In this document: in pieces, positions 1 through 12,185 of the stretch | How positions within the stretch are numbered: position 1 is the stretch's first letter | Layout: each line of letters starts with the position of its first letter | DNA from: Eledone cirrhosa | Taxonomy: Eukaryota | NCBI GenBank assembly: GCA_964016885.1 | Contig: OZ024756.1 | Location: forward strand, 1,922,001 to 1,986,000 | Direction: 5' to 3' | Length of the DNA stretch: 64,000 nt | Notes under the pieces: generated by a model | The model's database searches: none | Seen by the model: the letters and a program-made list of their open reading frames with translations, nothing else | What the model was told of the DNA's origin: nothing | Made by a program: the position numbers and the translations under genes

Positions 1-199
1 TCTGTCTTGCTGTCTTCAGTTCATCTATGTAGTGTGCAGTGTCAGTGATCTGGTCCTCTGTCTTTCTGTCTTCAATACATCTATGAAGTGTGCAGTGTCA
101 GTGATCTGGTCCTCTCTCTTGCTGTCTTCAGTTCATCTATTTAGTGTGCAGCGTCAGTGATCTGGTCCTCTGTCTTGCTGTCTTCAGTACATCTATGAA

Positions 200-3100
200 G
201 TGTGCAGTGTCAGTGATCTGGTCCTCTGTCTTGCTGTCTTCAGTACATCTGTGAAGTTTGTAGTGTCAGTGATCAGGTCCTCTGTCTTGCTGTCTTCAGT
301 ACATCTATGTAGTGTGCAGTGTCAGTGATCAGGTCCTCTGTCTTCCTGTCTTCAGTACATCTGTGAAGTGTGTAGTGTCAGTGATCAGGTCCTCTGTCTT
401 GCTGTCTTAAGTACATCTATGTAGTGTGCAGTGTCAGTGATCAGGTCCTCTGTCTTGCTGTCTTAAGTACATCTATGTAGTGTGCAGTGTCAGTGATCAG
501 GTCCTCTGTCTTGCTGTCTTCAGTACATCTATGTAGTGTGCAGTGTCAGTGATCTGGTCCTCTGTCTTGCTGTCTTCAGTACATCTATGAAGTGTGCAGT
601 GTCAGGGATCTGGTCCGCTGTCTTGCTGTCTTCAGTTCATCTATGAAGTATGCAGTATCAGTGATCTGGTCCTCTGTCTTGCTATCTTCAGTACATCTAT
701 GCAGTGTGCAGTGTCAGTGATCTGGTCCTCTGTCTTGCTGTCTTCAGTTCATCTATGAAGTGTGCAGTGTCAGTGATCAGGTCCTCTGCCTTGCTGTCTT
801 CAGTTCATCTATGAAGTGTGAAGTGTCAGTGATCAGCTCCTCTGTCTTGCTGTCTTCAGTACATCTATGAAGTGTGCAGTGTCAGGGATCTGGTCCTCTG
901 TCTTGCTGTCTTCAGTACATCTATGAAGTGTGCAGTGTCAGTGATCTGGTCCTCTGTCTTGCTGTCTTCAGTACATCTATGAAGTGTGCAGTGTCAGTGA
1001 TCTGGTCCTCTGTCTTGCTGTCTTCAGTTCATCTATGAAATGTGAAGTGTCAGGGATCTGGTCCTCTGTCTTGCTGTCTTCATTTCCTCTATGTAGTGTG
1101 CAGTGTCAGTGATCTGGTCCTCTGTCTTGCTGTCATCAGTACATCTATGAAGTGTGCAGTGTCAGTGATCTGGTCCTCCGTCTTGCTGTCTTCAGTACAT
1201 CTATGAAGTGTGCAGTGTCAGTGATCTGGTCCTCTGTCTTGCTGTCTTCAGTACATCTATGAAGTGTGCAGTGTCAGTGATCTGGTCCTCTGTCTTGCTG
1301 TCTTCAGTTCATCTATGAAGTGTGCAGTGTCAGTGATCTGGTCCTCTGTCTTGCTGTCTTCAGTTCATCTATGAAGTGTGCAGTGTCAGTGATCTGGTCT
1401 TCTGTCTTGCTGTCTTCAGTTCAACTATGTATTGTGCAGTGTCAGTGATCTGGTCCTCTGTCTTTCTGTCTTCAGTACATCTATGAAGTGTGCAGTGTCA
1501 GTGATCTGGTACTCTGTCTTGCTGTCTTCAGTACATCTATGAAGTGTGCAGTGTCAGTGATCTCGTCCTCTGTCTTGCTGTCTTCAGTTCATCTATGAAG
1601 TGTGCAGTGTCAGTGATCTGGTCCTCTGTCTTGCTGTCTTCAGTTCATCTATGTAGTGTGCAGTGTCAGTGATCTGGTCCTCTGTCTTTCTGTCTTCAAT
1701 ACATCTATGAAGTGTGCAGTGTCAGTGATCTGGTCCTCTCTCTTGCTGTCTTCAGTTCATCTATTTAGTGTGCAGCGTCAGTGATCTGGTCCTCTGTTTG
1801 CTGTCTTCAGTACATCTATGAAGTGTGCAGTGTCAGTGATCTGGTCCTCTGTCTTGCTGTCTTCAGTTCATCTATGTAGTGTGCAGCGTCGGTGATCTGG
1901 TCCTCTGTCTTGCTGTCTTCAGTACATCTATGAAGTGTGCAGTGTCAGGGATCTGGTCCGCTGTCTTGCTGTCTTCAGTTCATCTATGAAGTATGCAGTA
2001 TCAGTGATCTGGTCCTCTGTCTTGCTGTCTTCAGTACATCTATGCAGTGTGCAGTGTCAGTGATCTGGTCCTCTGTCTTGCTGTCTTCAGTTCATCTATG
2101 AAGTGTGCAGTGTCAGTGATCAGGTCCTCTGCCTTGCTGTCTTCAGTTCATCTATGAAGTGTGAAGTGTCAGTGATCAGCTCCTCTGTCTTGCTGTCTTC
2201 AGTACATCTATGAAGTGTGCAGTGTCAGGGATCTGGTCCTCTGTCTTGCTGTCTTCAGTACATCTATGAAGTGTGCAGTGTCAGTGATCTGGTCCTCTGT
2301 CTTGCTGTCTTCAGTACATCTATGAAGTGTGCAGTGTCAGGGATCTGGTCCTCTGTCTTGCTGTCTTCAGTTCATCTATGAAGTTTGTAGTGTCAGTGAT
2401 CAGGTCCTCTGTCTTGCTGTCTTCAGTACATCTATGTAGTGTGCAGTGTCAGTGATCAGGTCCTCTGTCTTCCTGTCTTCAGTACATCTGTATAGTGTGC
2501 AGTGTCAGTGATCAGGTCCTCTGTCATGCTGTCTTAAGTACATCTATGTAGTGTGCAGTGTCAGTGATCAGGTCCTCTGTCTTGCTGTCTTCAGTACATC
2601 TATGTAGTGTGCAGTGTCAGTGATCTGGTCCTCTGTCTTGCTGTCTTCAGTACATCTGTGAAGTGTGTAGTGTCAGTGATCAGGTCCTCTGTCTTGCTGT
2701 CTTCAGTACATCTATGAAGTGTGCAGTGTCAGTGATCTGGTTCTCTGTCTTGCTGTCTTCAGTACATCTGTGAAGTTTGTAGTGTCAGTGATCAGGTCCT
2801 CTGTCTTGCTGTCTTCAGTACATCTATGTAGTGTGCAGTGTCAGTGATCAGGTCCTCTGTCTTCCTGTCTTCATTACATCTGTGAAGTGTGCAGTGTCAG
2901 TGATCAGGTCCTCTGTCTTGCTGTCTTAAGTACATCTATGTAGTGTGCAGTGTCAGTGATCAGGTCCTCTGTCTTGCTGTCTTCAGAACATCTATGTAGT
3001 GTGCAGTGTCAGTGATCTGGTCCTCTGTCTTGCTGTCTTCAGTACATCTGTGAAGTGTGTAGTGTCAGTGATCAGGTCCTCTGTCTTGCTGTCTTCAGTA

Positions 3101-6100
3101 CATCTATGAAGTGTGCAGTGTCAGTGATCTGGTCCTCTGTCTTGCTGTCTTCAGTACTTCTATGAAGTGTGCAGTGTCAGTGATCTGGTCCTCTGTCTTG
3201 CTGTCTTCAGTACATCTATGAAGTGTGCAGTGTCAGTGATCTGGTCCTCTGTCTTGCTGTCTTCAGTTCATCTATGAAGTGTGCAGTGTCAGTCATCAGA
3301 TCCTCTGTCTTGCTGTCTTCAGTTCATCTATGAATTGTGCAGTGTCAGTGATCTGGTCCTCTGTCTTGCTGTCTTCAGTACATCTATGAAGTGTGCAGTG
3401 TCAGTGATCTGGTCCTCTGTCTTGCTGTCTTCAGTACATCTATGAAGTGTGTAGTGTCATTGATCTGGTCCTCTGTCTTGCTGTCTTCAGTACATCTATG
3501 AAGTGTGCAGTGTCAGTGATGTGGTCCTCTGTCTTGCTGTCTTCAGTTCATCTATGAAGTGTGTAGTGTCATTGATCTGGTCCTCTGTCTTGCTGTCTTC
3601 AGTACATCTATGAAGTGTGCAGTGTCAGTGATCTGGTCCTCTGTCTTGCTGTCTTCAGTACATCTATGAAGTGTGTAGTGTCATTGATCTGGTCCTCTGT
3701 CTTGCTGTCTTCAGTACATCTATGAAGTGTGCAGTGTCAGTGATCTGGTCTTCTGTCTTGCTGTCTTCAGTTCAACTATGTATTGTGCAGTGTCAGTGAT
3801 CTGGTCCTCTGTCTTTCTGTCTTCAGTACATCTATGAAATGTGCAGTGTCAGTGATCTGGTACTCTGTCTTGCTGTCTTCAGTACATCTATGAAGTGTGC
3901 AGTGTCAGTGATCTCGTCCTCTGTCTTGCTGTCTTCAGTTCATCTATGAAGTGTGCAGTGTCAGTGATCTGGTCCTCTGTCTTGCTGTCTTCAGTTCATC
4001 TATGTAGTGTGCAGTGTCAGTGATCTGGTCCTCTGTCTTTCTGTCTTCAGTACATCTATGAAGTGTGTAGTGTCATTGATCTGGTCCTCTGTCTTGCTGT
4101 CTTCAGTACATCTATGAAGTGTGCAGTGTCAGTGATCTGGTCCTCTGTCTTGCTGTCTTCAGTACATCTATGAAGTGTGTAGTGTCATTGATCTGGTCCT
4201 CTGTCTTGCTGTCTTCAGTACATCTATGAAGTGTGCAGTGTCAGTGATCTGGTCTTCTGTCTTGCTGTCTTCAGTTCAACTATGTATTGTGCACTGTCAG
4301 TGATCTGGTCCTCTGTCTTTCTGTCTTCAGTACATCTATGAAGTGTGCAGTGTCAGTGATCTGGTACTCTGTCTTGCTGTCTTCAGTACATCTATGAAGT
4401 GTGCAGTGTCAGTGATCTCGTCCTCTGTCTTGCTGTCTTCAGTTCATCTATGAAGTGTGCAGTGTCAGTGATCTGGTCCTCTGTCTTGCTGTCTTCAGTT
4501 CATCTATGTAGTGTGCAGTGTCAGTGATCTGGTCCTCTGTCTTTCTGTCTTCAGTACATCTATGAAGTGTGCAGTGTCAGTGATCTGGTCCTCTCTCTTG
4601 CTGTCTTCAGTTCATCTATGTAGTGTGCAGTGTCAGTGATCTGGTCCTCTGTCTTGCTGTCTTCAGTACATCTATGAAGTGTGCAGTGTCAGTGATCTGG
4701 TCCTCTGTCTTGCTGTCTTCAGTTCATCTATGTAGTGTGCAGTGTCAGTGATCTGGTCCTCTGTCTTGCTGTCTTCAGTACATCTATGAAGTGTGCAGTG
4801 TCAGTGATCTGGTCCTTTGTCTTGCTGTCTTCATTTCCTCTATGTAGTGTGCAGTGTCAGTGATCTGGTCCTCTGTCTTGCTGTCTTCAGTACATCTATG
4901 AAGTGTGCAGTGTCAGTGATCTGGTCCTCTGTCTTGCTGTCTTCAGTACATCTGTGAAGTTTGTAGTGTCAGTGATCAGGTCCTCTGTCTTGCCGTCTTC
5001 AGTACATCTATGTAGTGTGCAGTGTCAGTGATCAGGTCCTCTGTCTTCCTGTCTTCAGTACATCTGTGAAGTGTGTAGTGTCAGTGATCAGGTCCTCTGT
5101 CTTGCTGTCTTAAGTACATCTATGTAGTGTGCAGTGTCAGTGATCAGGTCCTCTGTCTTGCTGTCTTAAGTACATCTATGTAGTGTGCAGTGTCAGTGAT
5201 CAGGTCCTCTGTCTTGCTGTCTTCAGTACATCTATGTAGTGTGCAGTGTCAGTGATCTGGTCCTCTGTCTTGCTGTCTTCAGTACATCTATGAAGTGTGC
5301 AGTGTCAGGGATCTGGTCCGCTGTCTTGCTGTCTTCAGTTCATCTATGAAGTATGCAGTATCAGTGATCTGGTCCTCTGTCATGCTGTCTTCAGTACATC
5401 TATGCAGTGTGCAGTGTCAGTGATCTGGTCCTCTGTCTTGCTGTCTTCAGTTCATCTATGAAGTGTGCAGTGTCAGTGATCAGGTCCTCTGCCTTGCTGT
5501 CTTCAGTTCATCTATGAAGTGTGAAGTGTCAGTGATCAGCTCCTCTGTCTTGCTGTCTTCAGTACATCTATGAAGTGTGCAGTGTCAGGGATCTGGTCCT
5601 CTGTCTTGCTGTCTTCAGTACATCTATGAAGTGTGCAGTGTCAGTGATCTGGTCCTCTGTCTTGCTGTCTTCAGTACATCTATGAAGTGTGCAGTGTCAG
5701 TGATCTGGTCCTCTGTCTTGCTGTCTTCAGTTCATCTATGAAATGTGAAGTGTCAGGGATCTGGTCCTCTGTCTTGCTGTCTTCATTTCCTCTATGTAGT
5801 GTGCAGTGTCAGTGATCTGGTCCTCTGTCTTGCTGTCTTCAGTACATCTATGAAGTGTGCAGAGTCAGTGATCTGGTCCTCCGTCTTGCTGTCTTCAGTA
5901 CATCTATGAAGTGTGCAGTGTCAGTGATCTGGTCCTCTGTCTTGCTGTCTTCAGTACATCTATGAAGTGTGCAGTGTCAGTGATCTGGTCCTCTGTCTTG
6001 CTGTCTTCAGTTCATCTATGAAGTGTGCAGTGTCAGTGATCTGGTCCTCTGTCTTGCTGTCTTCAGTTCATCTATGAAGTGTGCAGTGTCAGTGATCTGG

Positions 6101-9100
6101 TCTTCTGTCTTGCTGTCTTCAGTTCAACTATGTATTGTGCAGTGTCAGTGATCTGGTCCTCTGTCTTTCTGTCTTCAGTACATCTATGAAGTGTGCAGTG
6201 TCAGTGATCTGGTACTCTGTCTTGCTGTCTTCAGTACATCTATGAAGTGTGCAGTGTCAGTGATCTCGTCCTCTATCTTGCTGTCTTCAGTTCATCTATG
6301 AAGTGTGCAGTGTCAGTGATCTGGTCCTCTGTCTTGCTGTCTTCAGTTCATCTATGTAGTGTGCAGTGTCAGTGATCTGGTCCTCTGTCTTTCTGTCTTC
6401 AATACATCTATGAAGTGTGCAGTGTCAGTGATCTGGTCCTCTCTCTTGCTGTCTTCAGTTCATCTATTTAGTGTGCAGCGTCAGTGATCTGGTCCTCTGT
6501 CTTGCTGTCTTCAGTACATCTATGAAGTGTGCAGTGTCAGTGATCTGGTCCTCTGTCTTGCTGTCTTCATTTCATCTATGTAGTGTGCAGCGTCAGTGAT
6601 CTGGTCCTCTGTCTTGCTGTCTTCAGTACATCTATGAAGTGTGCAGTGTCAGGGATCTGGTCCGCTGTCTTGCTGTCTTCAGTTCATCTATGAAGTATGC
6701 AGTATCAGTGATCTGGTCCTCTGTCTTGCTGTCTTCAGTACATCTATGCAGTGTGCAGTGTCAGTGATCTGGTCCTCTGTCTTGCTGTCTTCAGTTCATC
6801 TATGAAGTGTGCAGTGTCAGTGATCAGGTCCTCTGCCTTGCTGTCTTCAGTTCATCTATGAAGTGTGAAGTGTCAGTGATCAGCTCCTCTGTCTTGCTGT
6901 CTTCAGTACATCTATGAAGTGTGCAGTGTCAGGGATCTGGTCCTCTGTCTTGCTGTCTTCAGTACACCTATGAAGTGTGCAGTGTCAGTGATCTGGTCCT
7001 CTGTCTTGCTGTCTTCAGTACATCTATGAAGTGTGCAGTGTCAGGGATCTGGTCCTCTGTCTTGCTGTCTTCAGTTCATCTATGAAGTTTGTAGTGTCAG
7101 TGATCAGGTCCTCTGTCTTGCTGTCTTCAGTACATCTATGTAGTGTGCAGTGTCAGTGATCAGGTCCTCTGTCTTCCTGTCTTCAGTACATCTGTATAGT
7201 GTGCAGTGTCAGTGATCAGGTCCTCTGTCATGCTGTCTTAAGTACATCTATGTAGTTTGCAGTGTCAGTGATCAGGTCCTCTGTCTTGCTGTCTTCAGTA
7301 CATCTATGTAGTGTGCAGTGTCAGTGATCTGGTCCTCTGTCTTGCTGTCTTCAGTACATCTGTGAAGTGTGTAGTGTCAGTGATCAGGTCCTCTGTCTTG
7401 CTGTCTTCAGTACATCTATGAAGTGTGCAGTGTCAGTGATCTGGTCCTCTGTCTTGCTGTCTTCAGTACATCTGTGAAGTTTGTAGTGTCAGTGATCAGG
7501 TCCTCTGTCTTGCTGTCTTCAGTACATCTATGTAGTGTGCAGTGTCAGTGATCAGGTCCTCTGTCTTCCTGTCTTCAGTACATCTGTGAAGTGTGCAGTG
7601 TCAGTGATCAGGTCCTCTGTCTTGCTGTCTTAAGTACATCTATGTAGTGTGCAGTGTCAGTGATCAGGTCCTCTGTCTTGCTGTCTTCAGAACATGTATG
7701 TAGTGTGCAGTGTCAGTGATCTGGTCCTCTGTCTTGCTGTCTTCAGTACATCTGTGAAGTGTGTAGTGTCAGTGATCAGGTCCTCTGTCTTGCTGTCTTC
7801 AGTACATCTATGAAGTGTGCAGTGTCAGTGATCTGGTCCTCTGTCTTGCTGTCTTCAGTACTTCTATGAAGTGTGCAGTGTCAGTGATCTGGTCCTCTGT
7901 CTTGCTGTCTTCAGTACATCTATGAAGTGTGCAGTGTCAGTGATCTGGTCCTCTGTCTTGCTGTCTTCAGTTCATCTATGAAGTGTGCAGTGTCAGTGAT
8001 CAGATCCTCTGTCTTGCTGTCTTCAGTTCATCTATGAATTGTGCAGTGTCAGTGATCTGGTCCTCTGTCTTGCTGTCTTCAGTACATCTATGAAGTGTGC
8101 AGTGTCAGTGATCTGGTCCTCTGTCTTGCTGTCTTCAGTACATCTATGAAGTGTGTAGTGTCATTGATCTGGTCCTCTGTCTTGCTGTCTTCAGTACATC
8201 TATGAAGTGTGCAGTGTCAGTGATGTGGTCCTCTGTCTTGCTGTCTTCAGTTCATCTATGAAGTGTGTAGTGTCATTGATCTGGTCCTCTGTCTTGCTGT
8301 CTTCAGTACATCTTTGAAGTGTGCAGTGTCAGTGATCTGGTCCTCTGTCTTGCTGTCTTCAGTACATCTATGAAGTGTGTAGTGTCATTGATCTGGTCCT
8401 CTGTCTTGCTGTCTTCAGTACATCTATGAAGTGTGCAGTGTCAGTGATCTGGTCTTCTGTCTTGCTGTCTTCAGTTCAACTATGTATTGTGCAGTGTCAG
8501 TGATCTGGTCCTCTGTCTTTCTGTCTTCAGTACATCTATGAAGTGTGCAGTGTCAGTGATCTGGTACTCTGTCTTGCTGTCTTCAGTACATCTATGAAGT
8601 GTGCAGTGTCAGTGATCTCGTCCTCTGTCTTGCTGTCTTCAGTTCATCTATGAAGTGTGCAGTGTCAGTGATCTGGTCCTCTGTCTTGCTGTCTTCAGTT
8701 CATCTATGTAGTGTGCAGTGTCAGTGATCTGGTCCTCTGTCTTTCTGTCTTCAGTACATCTATGAAGTGTGCAGTGTCAGTGATCTGGTCCTCTCTCTTG
8801 CTGTCTTCAGTTCATCTATTTAGTGTGCAGCGTCAGTGATCTGGTCCTCTGTCTTGCTGTCTTCAGTACATCTATGAAGTGTGCAGTGTCAGTGATCTGG
8901 TCCTCTGTCTTGCTGTCTTCAGTTCATCTATGTAGTGTGCAGTGTCAGTGATCTGGTCCTCTGTCTTGCTGTCTTCAGTACATCTATGAAGTGTGCAGTG
9001 TCAGTGATCTGGTCCTTTGTCTTACTGTCTTCATTTCCTCTATGTAGTGTGCAGTGTCAGTGATCTGGTCCTCTGTCTTGCTGTCTTCAGTACATCTATG
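200..9100. repeat. Tandem block duplication, 84-monomer copy followed by 75-monomer copy
   Basis: Rare variants recur at 4704 bp (84x56): cagAac 2987/7691, gtcAtg 2526/7230, gatGtgg 3521/8225, ccGctg 1960/6664. The next ccGctg offset, 5320/9520, is 4200 bp (75x56). Confidence 0.9.
3580..4580. repeat. Nested 9-monomer (504 bp) tandem duplication
   Basis: The ttcaActatgtatt marker occurs at 3775 and 4279 (504 bp), with the same flanking gtcaTtg, ggtActc and ctCgtcc series. The sister block has one copy (8479). Confidence 0.85.
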
Positions 9101-12100
9101 AAGTGTGCAGTGTCAGTGATCTGGTCCTCTGTCTTGCTGTCTTCAGTACATCTGTGAAGTTTGTAGTGTCAGTGATCAGGTCCTCTGTCTTGCTGTCTTC
9201 AGTACATCTATGTAGTGTGCAGTGTCAGTGATCAGGTCCTCTGTCTTCCTGTCTTCAGTACATCTGTGAAGTGTGTAGTGTCAGTGATCAGGTCCTCTGT
9301 CTTGCTGTCTTAAGTACATCTATGTAGTGTGCAGTGTCAGTGATCAGGTCCTCTGTCTTGCTGCCTTAAGTACATCTATGTAGTGTGCAGTGTCAGTGAT
9401 CAGGTCCTCTGTCTTGCTGTCTTCAGTACATCTATGTAGTGTGCAGTGTCAGTGATCTGGTCCTCTGTCTTGCTGTCTTCAGTACATCTATGAAGTGTGC
9501 AGTGTCAGGGATCTGGTCCGCTGTCTTGCTGTCTTCAGTTCATCTATGAAGTATGCAGTATCAGTGATCTGGTCCTCTGTCTTGCTGTCTTCAGTACATC
9601 TATGCAGTGTGCAGTGTCAGTGATCTGGTCCTCTGTCTTGCTGTCTTCAGTTCATCTATGAAGTGTGCAGTGTCAGTGATCAGGTCCTCTGCCTTGCTGT
9701 CTTCAGTTCATCTATGAAGTGTGAAGTGTCAGTGATCAGCTCCTCTGTCTTGCTGTCTTCAGTACATCTATGAAGTGTGCAGTGTCAGGGATCTGGTCCT
9801 CTGTCTTGCTGTCTTCAGTACATCTATGAAGTGTGCAGTGTCAGTGATCTGGTCCTCTGTCTTGCTGTCTTCAGTACATCTATGAAGTGTGCAGTGTCAG
9901 TGATCTGGTCCTCTGTCTTGCTGTCTTCAGTTCATCTATGAAATGTGAAGTGTCAGGGATCTGGTCCTCTGTCTTGCTGTCTTCATTTCCTCTATGTAGT
10001 GTGCAGTGTCAGTGATCTGGTCCTCTGTCTTGCTGTCTTCAGTACATCTATGAAGTGTGCAGTGTCAGTGATCTGGTCCTCCGTCTTGCTGTCTTCAGTA
10101 CATCTATGAAGTGTGCAGTGTCAGTGATCTGGTCCTCTGTCTTGCTGTCTTCAGTACATCTATGAAGTGTGCAGTGTCAGTGATTTGGTCCTCTGTCTTG
10201 CTGTCTTCAGTTCATCTATGAAGTGTGCAGTGTCAGTGATCTGGTCCTCTGTCTTGCTGTCTTCAGTTCATCTATGAAGTGTGCAGTGTCAGTGATCTGG
10301 TCTTCTGTCTTGCTGTCTTCAGTTCATCTATGTAGTGTGCAGTGTCAGTGATCTGGTCCTCTGTCTTTCTGTCTTCAGTACATCTATGAAGTGTGCAGTG
10401 TCAGTGATCTGGTACTCTGTCTTGCTGTCTTCAGTACATCTATGAAGTGTGCAGTGTCAGTGATCTCGTCCTCTGTCTTGCTGTCTTCAGTTCATCTATG
10501 AAGTGTGCAGTGTCAGTGATCTGGTCCTCTGTCTTGCTGTCTTCAGTTCATCTATGTAGTGTGCAGTGTCAGTGATCTGGTCCTCTGTCTTTCTGTCTTC
10601 AGTACATCTATGAAGTGTGCAGTGTCAGTGATCTGGTCCTCTCTCTTGCTGTCTTCAGTTCATCTATTTAGTGTGCAGCGTCAGTGATCTGGTCCTCTGT
10701 CTTGCTGTCTTCAGTACATCTATGAAGTGTGCAGTGTCAGTGATCTGGTCCTCTGTCTTGCTGTCTTCAGTTCATCTATGTAGTGTGCAGTGTCAGTGAT
10801 CTGGTCCTCTGTCTTGCTGTCTTCAGTACATCTATGAAGTGTGCAGTGTCAGTGATCTGGTCCTTTGTCTTACTGTCTTCATTTCCTCTATGTAGTGTGC
10901 AGTGTCAGTGATCTGGTCCTCTGTCTTGCTGTCTTCAGTACATCTATGAAGTGTGCAGTGTCAGTGATCTGGTCCTCTGTCTTGCTGTCTTCAGTACATC
11001 TGTGAAGTTTGTAGTGTCAGTGATCAGGTCCTCTGTCTTGCTGTCTTCAGTACATCTATGTAGTGTGCAGTGTCAGTGATCAGGTCCTCTGTCTTCCTGT
11101 CTTCAGTACATCTGTGAAGTGTGTAGTGTCAGTGATCAGGTCCTCTGTCTTGCTGTCTTAAGTACATCTATGTAGTGTGCAGTGTCAGTGATCAGGTCCT
11201 CTGTCTTGCTGCCTTAAGTACATCTATGTAGTGTGCAGTGTCAGTGATCAGGTCCTCTGTCTTGCTGTCTTCAGTACATCTATGTAGTGTGCAGTGTCAG
11301 TGATCTGGTCCTCTGTCTTGCTGTCTTCAGTACATCTATGAAGTGTGCAGTGTCAGGGATCTGGTCCGCTGTCTTGCTGTCTTCAGTTCATCTATGAAGT
11401 ATGCAGTATCAGTGATCTGGTCCTCTGTCTTGCTGTCTTCAGTACATCTATGCAGTGTGCAGTGTCAGTGATCTGGTCCTCTGTCTTGCTGTCTTCAGTT
11501 CATCTATGAAGTGTGCAGTGTCAGTGATCAGGTCCTCTGCCTTGCTGTCTTCAGTTCATCTATGAAGTGTGAAGTGTCAGTGATCAGCTCCTCTGTCTTG
11601 CTGTCTTCAGTACATCTATGAAGTGTGCAGTGTCAGGGATCTGGTCCTCTGTCTTGCTGTCTTCAGTACATCTATGAAGTGTGCAGTGTCAGTGATCTGG
11701 TCCTCTGTCTTGCTGTCTTCAGTACATCTATGAAGTGTGCAGTGTCAGTGATCTGGTCCTCTGTCTTGCTGTCTTCAGTTCATCTATGAAATGTGAAGTG
11801 TCAGGGATCTGGTCCTCTGTCTTGCTGTCTTCATTTCCTCTATGTAGTGTGCAGTGTCAGTGATCTGGTCCTCTGTCTTGCTGTCTTCAGTACATCTATG
11901 AAGTGTGCAGTGTCAGTGATCTGGTCCTCCGTCTTGCTGTCTTCAGTACATCTATGAAGTGTGCAGTGTCAGTGATCTGGTCCTCTGTCTTGCTGTCTTC
12001 AGTACATCTATGAAGTGTGCAGTGTCAGTGATTTGGTCCTCTGTCTTGCTGTCTTCAGTTCATCTATGAAGTGTGCAGTGTCAGTGATCTGGTCCTCTGT

Positions 12101-12185
12101 CTTGCTGTCTTCAGTTCATCTATGAAGTGTGCAGTGTCAGTGATCTGGTCTTCTGTCTTGCTGTCTTCAGTTCAACTATGTATTG
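8490..12185. repeat. 33-monomer (1848 bp) tandem duplication
   Basis: Private variants cttActg 9024/10872, ctgCctt 9364/11212 and gatTtgg 10185/12033 are all offset 1848 bp. Confidence 0.9.

Noticed and set aside
31-48. V(D)J RSS heptamer-like CAGTG repeats
   Set aside because: No CACAGTG heptamer or ACAAAAACC nonamer in the consensus.
1-168. Degenerate C2H2 zinc-finger or other coding tandem repeat
   Set aside because: The period is 56, not 84 or any multiple of 3. There is no CxxC...HxxxH or TGEKP pattern, and both strands have stops.
1461-1475. Hammerhead ribozyme core on the minus strand (CTGAAGA in most monomers; CTGAAGA-CA-GAAA in G9T variants), as known from newt and schistosome satellites
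   Set aside because: The consensus lacks GAAA. In the variant only 2 nt separate the boxes, and I could not build stems I-III. An Infernal search with Rfam hammerhead models on monomer dimers and trimers would settle it.
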